DNA of 43,872 nt from NCBI GenBank assembly GCA_900088475.1, contig FLMG01002029.1, positions 1 to 43,872 of the forward strand, read 5' to 3'. This DNA comes from Hyphochytrium catenoides. Its lineage: Eukaryota; Protista; Hyphochytriomycota. Under the pieces are notes generated by a model. That model was not told the origin of the DNA and searched no databases. It saw only the letters and a list, made by a program, of their open reading frames with translations. The number at the start of each line of letters is the position of its first letter. Position 1 is the stretch's first letter. Position numbers and translations under genes: made by a program. Below are positions 34,801 through 43,872 of the stretch, piece after piece.

Positions 34801-37800
34801 AAACTGGAGGTAGCCAGAACAGGTAGACAATAAACGACAAGGCGGGTAAGAGATCACCCAGACAAGACGAGAAGCCGTTCATAAAGTCCATACATAGAGT
34901 CAACTGCGTAGGGGAGGGAGAGGGAAGAGAGCCGACATGCAGCTGAGAGAGAGAGAGAGACCCCAGGATGGGGAGGTACCTAGGGAAGGAGTCTTTCTCT
35001 TCTAATCACTCCCCAATCCTCTCCTTCAGTTCTAAGCCACTACGTTATACCGTTCTCTTTGTGCTGTCGCGTTTCCTTTCCCTCTCTCTTCTCACATATT
35101 TGTAGCTATGTCTCTCCATCTGGACCTTACCAATAATCTCAATGTCAGCCAGATGCGCATGTAAATCACAAAGGAAGGCAGCCTCTGGGTTTATATAGAC
35201 AGAGAAAGGCTGATTATTCGACGACGATGGAGAGGAAGAGAGAGCGCGTGAGGAACTTGGGGAGGAAGGAAAACCATCTTCCGGTGCTCGTGGCTTAGAG
35301 TGAAGGTAGTAGTCGCAGCTGATGAGCGTGTGCGGATCCAAACCACCGCCAGACAGACTGGACTTCACCGCACTGGTCCTTGTCGAGGACTCTCGACGCT
35401 GTAAGCAAAAGGAGGAGTCAGAAGCTGGAAGATACACACATAGAGAAGAAGATATTGTTAAGAGAGGAGGAAAAGACAAAGTAGAGTCCCAGGGGGCGCT
35501 TGAAATGAGATGTGCACAAAGCAAGGATATAAATCAAAAGATAGAAAACGTGGTACATCCTGTGACATCGATCACCTTGAATGCTCAAGGACACGAAGAA
35601 GTTAATTCTAAAGGGTAAGGTCACACAGTGAAGAGAAAGAGAGAGAGAGAGAAGAAGAGAGAAAGGCAAGGATGTGACAATATGAGAGAGAGAAAGAGAG
35701 AATCTGTTCTCTTACAGAGGAACTTGTCCTAAGCTTGTTCGCGGAATACTCGGTCCTTGCCTCCATCCCTTTGTCTCCGAAGCCATTCTCGTCCTCGCTT
35801 CCATCTGTGAAGTGTTGGTGGTCCCATACATAGTCAAGGCGTAGATCGTCCCTCAGCACACTGCCCGCACATATATCGCTGCTCGTTAGAGAAGAGATGG
35901 CGGCACGCGCATGGGATCGAGGAGAGAGGGTTTTTGGTACAGATTGAGTAGGGAGAATTTTAGGAGAGAGAGTGCCCGACTTGTCTTTCGCTTCCTCGGG
36001 CACGACGGACGAAGCAGGTCTCGTAGACGAAGAAGGTGTAAGATGATCGGCAATGTCCTCCTCTTCTCTCTCTCTTTTCTCCTCAGTCGTCATCTTCGGC
36101 CCAAGTTTCTTGACGCTCGGCTTTTTCTTCGATGGCTTGCCCTTAGGTTGGGCCTTGGCTCCTCGAGGTTTTTTGGCCTCCTTCAACTTTTGCGGCGTGG
36201 GCGATTGAGACTTCTGAAACGAGAGAGAAGGAGCAGGACCAGGGACTGGCTCCAGCGCCTGAGTCTCTTCCTTGATGACTCCCGAGAGGCCAGACTGGCC
36301 TTGACTCAAGGGAACCAAAAAGGTCTCCGCTGACTGGCTCACTTCCTGTGTGGGAGGCTTCGATTGAGGCTGACTGAAGGCAATGACTTTGTTCGCGGAA
36401 GGCGGCAGCATTAGTCTCTCCTTTATCTTCTTTTTTGCCTTGTCCCGGCCCTGCTCAGTCTCTCCTACTATGACTGGCAAAGAGTCGACTGTGTCCGTAG
36501 TGCCCTTCTCTTCGACAACCTTCAAAAGCAAGCCTTTTCTCCGCACCGCCTTTGCTTCACTTGAGCTCATTTTTACTGGTCCTTGTTTCTTCTTGTGGGA
36601 CTGTGGCTGCTGCACGGGTTTTTTCTTTGATTGAGAAGGGGCAAACTCCTCGACTTCTCCTCGAAGCTTCTTCTTTCTCTGTCTCTGCGGTCGGGAGGGA
36701 GAAACGCTATGTAAGACTGGTTCTGCAACCTTCTCTGGCACCTCCTCAACCTTTATTTCTTCTATCTCAGCGTGAGTGGTGACCTTCTTACGTGGCCGAC
36801 CTCTCTTGCCTTTTGCTTTAGAGCCTTTTGCTTTGGTCGAGAGAGCGGAAGACGGGGAAGACGGCCGAGGGCATGAAGCAGAGGAGAACGGATGCATCTT
36901 GATCATCTTAGAAAGTGGTTTATCTTCTTCGTCGTCAATTGGCTCCGCTTGCGGCTCTGTCTCTTGGATTTTCCTCTTGGTGGCTCTCTTCCTTGGTTCA
37001 TTAAGTCTCTCTCTTGCCGTTGAATCCTCCGAACCTTGCCGTGCGTTCTTCGCCTGAGATGCAGAAGGACCTGCAGCCACACTGGCAGAAGGCAGGCTTT
37101 TCTTCTTAGCCAGAGCCCGTGGCGACTTCCTACTCGCAAGCGTGGCTGTTGAGGCTCCATGTACTACCTTTGGCTTCCTCGTTCTCTTTCGGGTCTTTCC
37201 CTCTTCCTCTCCCTCTCCCTCCTTCAAGGGAGTTGGTAGAGAGGGAGAGATGTCTGTGTTGATCGGCATCAAAGTCTCTGCAGAGTAGCTCTCTGGGTCT
37301 TTTCTCTCTTCCTCGATAAGCTTAATCTGCTCTACGTTTACCTCTGGCTTGATTTGCTCTACGTTTACCTCTTCATTAGAAGGAGCAAGCTTTGCCTTCC
37401 CTTTCTTTGACCTTGATTTCTTTCTCTTCCCGCCCAGCTTTTGACGCTGGACCCTCACTCTTTTGGCAGGAGCAGTGACAGCCTCAGCAGCACCACGGAG
37501 AGTTGAGGAAGATGCGGTGAGGTCGCTCCTATCTTCTGTCTTCGTGGTCTCTGGCCTATCAGAGGAAGTGGCGAGATCAAGAGGGGTTGGCCGTTCCTCT
37601 CGGCGCCTCTTGGATAGCGGCGGAGAGAGAAAGTCTTCGATTCGCTTTCGAAGTCTGGCGGATCGAGACGACTGTCGAGTGGTACGAGAAGAGGCAGTGA
37701 GAGGGAGAGAGCTCTCTTCTGTGGCCCCTGCGTGTCCTCCTTCGTCCTTTTTGTTTGAGGCATCGTTCGCTATGACTTCTCTCTTGGTCTCCTCTTCAGA

Positions 37801-40800
37801 ATGATTTTCTCTGTCTAGCTCTCCGAGCGTCTGTTCGGTCTCAGGAGAGGCAGCCACCTCAGGAGAGGGAGACGAAGAGGGCAGGCCGTTCTCTCCATTT
37901 TCGGTCTCTTCTATTAGTAGCTCAGGTTTGTCACGCCTAAGCATAGGATAGGAATCCATTGAGGGAGAAGGAGAGTCGCCCTCCTCGTCTTTCTCAGGCT
38001 CTTCTCTCCCAAGAAAACTGGCGTCAGGTGAAGACAAAGATAAGGAAACCGTTTTAACACCTTCCACTGGTGCCTCTCCCTTCTCTTTCTCTTCTTCCTG
38101 CTGTTCTACTGAAGCCACCTGGTCCTCGGACGACTTCAGCTGCCTTTCCGGAGACACAAAGGGAGCTAAGACCTCTAGCTGGTCGTTTTCTTCCACCTCC
38201 TTCCCTTCCTCTTTGCCCTCTACAGCCTTTACTACTCGTTCTTCTTCTCTCTCAGTGCTCTCCGGGGTGGTCTGCTCCGTCTTCCTGTCTTCAACGTCTT
38301 CATTCACAATAACCGCTGCGACAGCCGGGAGCGACGTCGGAGGTGGAGGTCCTCTTTTCTTCTCTTCATCGGCCATCCTTAGGATGGAGACAGAGCCATT
38401 TGTGACAACCTTTCCCTCGTTCTCGTCGACAGACGTTTGTTGCCCATTCTCCTGATTGGTTGCACCTTTCTCTTCTCCATCTTTGGACCGATGATTGACA
38501 GAATGATCCTCCTTCTTCGTCTCTCCCTGTGGTAGAGGGACTAGCGAAGGAGAAGCAAAAGGGGGAGAGAACGGGGCGAGACGGAGCCCTGGAGCTTGAT
38601 GCCGCAGAGGACGGCTTCCTAGCCTCTTCTTACGTGCAGAAGAAGACAAAGCAGAGAGAGGGAGAGACGGAGAAGACGACTTAAAGGAAGGGCCCTGAGA
38701 AGAGAGGGAAACTGGAGGGCCCTGGAGGTTTGGATTAGAAGAGAGTGAAAGCTTCTGGCTTGAACTGGAGAAGGCGGCCGAGGAGGAAAGAGAAGGAGCG
38801 TCAGGCTTGAGTGTGTCTTGAGACGATGTCTTTGTTGCAGGCGTTTCCTCAGGGTTCTCTTCTTGCTCTGTGCCGGCTCTGTCTCGCTCTAGCTTGTCCT
38901 CTTTGTCTTCTTGCTCCCCCTCCACTGTCGGCAGCATCGCTTCCTCGGTCTGTCCAGCAGCTTCCGCTTCCTCCTGTTCTCCCGTCTTCTCCATTTCCTC
39001 AGTGAAAGGATATCGATCGGTATCATCTACCGGAACTGCGGGGAGAGCCGGTTCGCTATGGAAGACCATCGCTTTTTCCTCTCTCTCTAACTTGTGGAAG
39101 GCTTCTTCTGTCTCCACTTTCTCCTCTTGAGCTTTCTTTTCTTCACTTTCTTCCTCTTCCTGTACCTCCCTTCCGTCCTCTTTCCCGGTGTCCTTCTTCT
39201 CTTCGCTCGCTCCAACGTCCTGAAATGACATATCTTGCTCTTCCATGTCCTTAGAAAACCGCCTGCTTGCTGACTGACTTGCTTTCCTCCGTCGGGAACC
39301 TTCTTTAGGCTCACCTCTTCGGCTTCTACCAGCTTTCGTGGGCTTTGATAGATGGAGAAGAGGCATGGGGGAGGGAGACGACGAGGATAGAGCGGCTTTG
39401 GCCCTTATTACTTCCTGCTCGGCAAGGAGCTCACCTAGAAAGACACTTTCGCCGGGGTCGCTTCCCACTTCGTCTTCAGAGGGGGAGGTTGAGGGAGGAT
39501 AATAAAATGGGACGCTGGTAACTCTGCGCGCAGAGCGGCGAAGGACTGTCTGTGAAGCTCCACTATCGCCTTTCCTCATTTCCTCTTCGCCTTCTGCTGC
39601 TAGGACCTGGTTGACCTGGTCCTCACTTTCTCCCTCTTCGCCCATTACCTTGCTTTCTTCCTCTTTCGTTTCCTCTGCTTTTTCTTCCATACTTTCCTCC
39701 GTATGGACCAATTCCTTCATTAAGATTGACTTCTCATCCGTGGACTGCTGCTCAATCTCCATGCTCTCCGCTTCCTCCACGATGGGCCATTGATCCTGCT
39801 CCTTCTTCTTCTCATCACCGTCCTCCAAAGCTTCTTTGTCCGCAATGCCGCCTCCTGCGATAACTGAACGCTTCTCTTCTGCTTCCAGTTCTTGCTCGTC
39901 CATTGATTTCTCATCCCTCTTCTGAAGCTCGCCTATCTTCTGAGATGGCCGCCCTTCTATTTTCTGATCTTCGATTTCTCCGCCCTTCTCATCAGAGGCG
40001 GCGGAAGGGACTGACGTCCCATTTTGAGGAATATTTGCTGTTTCTGGGTCCTCTCTTTCTTCTGGCTGTGTCGCGCCTGGCAGAGAAACTTCGCCTTTCT
40101 CTTCTACTGTGGCGTCGTTGTCCTCCTTTGTCACCTCCACAGCTAGAGCACTATCCTCTACTCCTATTGACGCTTCTTCCACTGTCTCTCTACCAGGCGG
40201 CTGCTGTTCCTCTCGTCCAACAACCTGTTCGTGCGTATATCCCTGCTCCAGCATTTCTGAAACCCCGGTCTTGGCAGTATCTGCTAAGAAAGGAATCAGA
40301 GGTTTACAGACCGTAGAAAGATGGGAGAGGACTGAGGAGAACAGGAGGCAGACTAGGTGTATACTCCAGACTGCAGGGCACACCGTCCATGCTGTTCCCA
40401 ACCCTTATCTTCCTCTTCTTCACCTCTCATCTCAATCACCTCCTCCTTCTGCCCTGTCTTGTTTGTCCATCTATCTCTTTCTCTCTCTTACCCTCTCTCC
40501 TTACATCCTTTCTCCCTCCTCGCTAGCGAGAGCGTTTCAGACCACTTGCGTGACTTCCTCCGTTCCACTCGTCTCCATCTTACTCACCTTCTTCCTGGCG
40601 CATCCATAGCTTTTGTCCCCTCAAGAAGCGAGAGAGAGGAAAGCCTTTGTACATAACAATGTCCCAGTAGTGGTTGTTCACCTCTTCTTTCTTCGATGGG
40701 GGACTCCGTCCCTTAAGAAAACAGGCAAATCCCGACGGAGATTGAAAAACCTCTTCGCCGTAACTAATTGTTCCATCCTCTAACAGATCAGCAAAGCGCT

Positions 40801-43443
40801 GCTCACCCTAGAAAGAGGTTTAAGAAATCAGAGAAGAGTCACCAGCGAGAGAGACAGAATGGTCGATGCTCCTCCATTTAAGCAGAAGAAGAGCAGGTCG
40901 TGGAGGATTGCCAGTCAGAGCTAAGTAGGCCCTAGTATACAAGCCATAGGCAGAACGTAAGCTTCTGGCAAGTAGAAGAGCCATAGACCCAGCTTGCTAA
41001 GAGAGCAAAGTGTGCAGCTTAGAGGAAAAAAGGCGAGATGGATGGCCTCTTTCGCACCTCTATTTTCATCTGCAGGCTCCTGACTCCATACTTTATTCTC
41101 TTACTATGTATGAGCCTCCGTAGGGTCATGACGGTAAGCGCCTCTGCGACCTCGTACAAATCTTCAGGGAAGGAATGAGAGAGTTGGAAAGACTCCCACT
41201 TTTCTCTCTGCTCCCGAGAAAGAGAGAGACTCTTCCTCTTCGTTTGCCCTCCTTCCCCATCATTCGCAGCCTCCTCTTCCTCGTGGCTGAGCACATAATA
41301 AAGATACAGCTGGGCTAACTCACAACTAGCGCTCTGAGAAAATGCGAAAGAGCTTGGGTCAGGGATGAAGAGGAAAAGAGAAGAGAAATGACTACTAAGG
41401 GGACAGAAGAACAAGATCTCGGCTGCAACTTAGGAAGGTGTACTTCTCGACCCAAGAGCAAAACACAATCCATATGATCTATCTAGAAGTCAGGTGTGAA
41501 GGTAAAGTAGGAAGAGCATGGCGGTCGCAGGGGAAACAGAGTAAGAAATGGGGGTTGGTGATACCAAAAGATGGAGGAGAGAGAAGTTAGGAGACAAAGA
41601 AGATGGTTCGCCAACAGATAGAAAGAGAGCGAGATGGAGAGAGAGAAGAAGACAGAGGGAAATGACGAGAGGGAGAAAGAAGATAGAAGAGACGGTGAGA
41701 GATGAAGAAGAGAGATAAATACCGTCAAGAGCGGCGGCTCCAAAGCCCTTTCTAACTTAGCTTTCAGGCCATCATCGCCCGTCACGGCCAGCAAATCAGT
41801 CACCATTCGCCTCAAGCTTTCGCTCTCGTCATCCTTTAGGACAAGAAGAGAGGAGAGAAAGGAAGAGTAGAATAGAGCTGAAGATATTGCCGGAGTATGT
41901 AGAGACTCTTCTTCTCTCTCTTCCTTTGTTCCTTCACTCTTGATCTGACCGCCAGCGCCTGGCCCAGCATTACCTACCACCTCATTTCTCTCCTTCAGAG
42001 CAAGAGACATACCCTGTGAAGCAGAAGCACTGTCGGAACAAGAGGATGCAGCAGAAAGGGTAGCGGGACACTTCGTCCGCTTCCTCTCTCTCTGTCTCCC
42101 TCGGCAAGGATCTCTAGTAGAAAAGATGAGAAATTCTGCCTCCGATTCAAAAGAAGGACCACGGGCCGAGGATCGAGTTTGTCTCCTTCCTCCATCCTCT
42201 TCAGCAAGAAGGCGAACAAGCTTCTCATCTTCGAAAGTCTGCCTCTTGATACTTTTTCCTCTCTTTCCTCTCGGCACCCTGTCTCTTTGTCCTGTGTCTT
42301 CCGCCTCTTTCTTTCTCTCGTTTCGCTCTGTGCCTCGCCGAGATCTTCTAGCATTTGGAGGCTCTTCCTGGGAGGACATGGGAGGAGAAATGGAGGCGGA
42401 CGATGGGGAAGAAAGAGGCGAGGGTCTCTTCCCCCTTGTGAGCCTCTTTTGAGAATAGTCCGAGTCATTTCTGTCCGTCTTCCGCCTTGATGTCGAAGGG
42501 AGAGAAGGAGAAGGGAGCGGAAACTTCGAGGGCTCGTTGTTAGTCTTATTCTCTCTTTCCTCCGAGCCTACAGGGGAAGGAGACGACCCAGTGCTCTCTT
42601 CCTTCTGAGGAGCTTGTTTGTTAGCTTCAACTGGCTCTGCCTCACGACCATCGGGTCCTATTCCCTCTCCATCTTCTCTCGCTTCAGGTCCTGTGTCTCC
42701 TCCTTTAAGTTCCGCGCTCTCTCTAGAACCGCTGTCATTCTCCTGTACGTGGAGCTGATTGACGTTCGCCAGCTCTTCCTTCTCCGGGGGCTGCTCATTG
42801 TGCTCCCCATTGCCGGCAGGAGAGAGGGGCGGTTTTCCCCGCTCCGCGTCCGACTTCGACGCGCTAGGTTTGGGAGTAGGAGAAAGCGAGAGAGAGGGGG
42901 AGAGAGATAGAGAGAAAGAGAGAGAGAGAATGTGGAGAAGGAGAGTCCGTGAAGAGAAATATCGTTAGCATATACGAAAAGGAAAAAGAGAGATGAGAGG
43001 TCCGAGGGAGGATGGTAAGGACCTGGCAAAGCGAGTGGTGCTGGAAAGTCGTAGAGAGACAGAGCAAAGGAAAAGAAACATGCACGGGTGCCGAGGTTGT
43101 TAGGCCCAACGACAGGCATGAAAGCCCTCGTAGGACTCGATAGCCGCATAGAATTTTTTTAAAAGGAGGAAAAGAAGGAAGCAGAGAGAGAGAGCAGAGG
43201 AAAGGAGAAAGAGCGCGGGAAGAGAGAGAAGACAAAAAGAGCAGAGAGACAGAAGAAGAAATGGGCAAAAAGGAGTGGAGGAGAGGGCGGGAGAGAGGGA
43301 GAGAGAGAAGGGGAGAGAGCGAGAGAGAGAGAGGGCGAGAGAATTGGCAGATGACAGAGAAAGATGGCAGACAGAGGAAGGTGAAGGGGAGACAGAGGAA
43401 CGAGCGAGAGTTTTGAGGGAGAGGCTGAGGCTTACTTATCCAT
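31875..43443 (-). CDS. MPND: MPND-like protein: RAMA domain, AT-hook, very long low-complexity linker, MPN+/JAMM deubiquitinase domain
   Basis: RAMA-like region MTLRRLIHSKRIKYGVRSLQMKIE|GEQRFADLLEDGTISYGEEVFQSPSGFA...WDIVMYKG (about 41130-40620). Exon 40280-35716 is a single 4565 bp exon. MPN region: LDPHTLISC...QPFSVYINPEAAFLCDLHAHLADIEIIG|FLGGRYD...AAFPCRS...EMDPSSE...|[23 protein letters not shown]. C-terminal conserved block CYKTFYRRIVLEEVWKG..KLQKLEDSL and last exon DIIAYVRFSWEEIAY*. The start is a putative 8-nt coding exon ATGGATAA|GTAAG at 43443-43436 that is in phase with the exon beginning at 42864, and it is uncertain. Confidence 0.85.
37321..37371 (-). repeat. 27-bp in-frame tandem duplication (EVNVEQIK twice) in the giant MPND exon
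   Basis: cttaatctgctctacgtttacctc and cttgatttgctctacgtttacctc, period 27. Confidence 0.85.
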
Positions 43444-43583
43444 GTCCTGCGCTCCTCATGTCGAACTAGGAATCATCCTTCGGAAAGAAAGTCCTCGCAT
43501 CCAACCTAAGGCTCTATGTTCTTAGAGAGAGAGGACCTGCCCTTGTCTCTCTCTCTCTTTCTTCTGCCTCTCTGTCACTGGCT

Positions 43584-43816
43584 CTATCGTTCCTCTCTTT
43601 CCTTCGCTTTCCTCGCCTTGCTGCTCCGCCACCAGACAGCAAAAGAGCCAAAGAAGGTCACAGGGAGAGAGGCCTGGAAGAGTTTTTGTCCGGTATCTTC
43701 CTCCGCTGGGCTTTCTCTCCTTCTTATTAGCTTGCCTCCTCCATGTTCGGTCTCGCTCGAGTTGTCTCTCTGCCCGAAGGGGCCTTCATAAATGGGAGGA
43801 TTGGGCTGTGGAGATT
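43584..43816 (-). CDS. Probable last exon of an upstream gene truncated by the window edge
   Basis: A pyrimidine tract and CAG acceptor near 43817 are followed by an open frame ESPQPNPPIYEGPF...FQASLPVTFFGSFAVWWRSSKARKAKEREER*. No recognisable domain. Confidence 0.35.
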
Positions 43817-43872
43817 CTGATCGTTGGGAGACACAGAGGGAAGGAAAGAGCAACGAGCGACACAGAGAAAGA

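Noticed and set aside
35911-40656. Many plus-strand ORFs opposite the giant MPND exon
   Set aside because: They are antisense shadows of a low-complexity coding exon and show no domains or splice signals of their own.
1-43872. CRISPR arrays, operons, prophage, retroelement or viral genes
   Set aside because: No repeat-spacer arrays, reverse transcriptase, integrase, capsid or bacterial-type genes were recognisable. The window is spliceosomal-intron eukaryotic DNA.

Overview
Eukaryotic, intron-rich nuclear DNA with GT-AG introns, abundant (GA)n/(CT)n microsatellites and three N gaps. The gene content and intron style suggest a stramenopile alga, which is an inference. Hand splicing supports six protein genes and one tRNA. 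(1) A four-domain 24-TM cation channel (-, about 811-13049) with an unusual D/D/K/D-like filter, degenerate S4 segments in repeats II and III, and NALCN/Cch1-like motifs. (2) An intronless tRNA-Ile(UAU). (3) A fidgetin-like 1 AAA ATPase (+) with RAD51-binding-type motifs and E2F-like promoter sites. (4) A SUMO/ubiquitin-like + BTB fusion protein (-). (5) An orphan two-exon 7-TM protein (-). (6) An HSL-family alpha/beta hydrolase (+). (7) A giant MPND-like protein (-, about 2700 aa) with a RAMA domain, an AT-hook, about 1500 aa of disordered linker in one 4.6 kb exon, and an intact JAMM site. No prokaryotic system, CRISPR array or recognisable mobile element was found. Exon boundaries were read by eye and family calls come from recalled motifs, not database searches.
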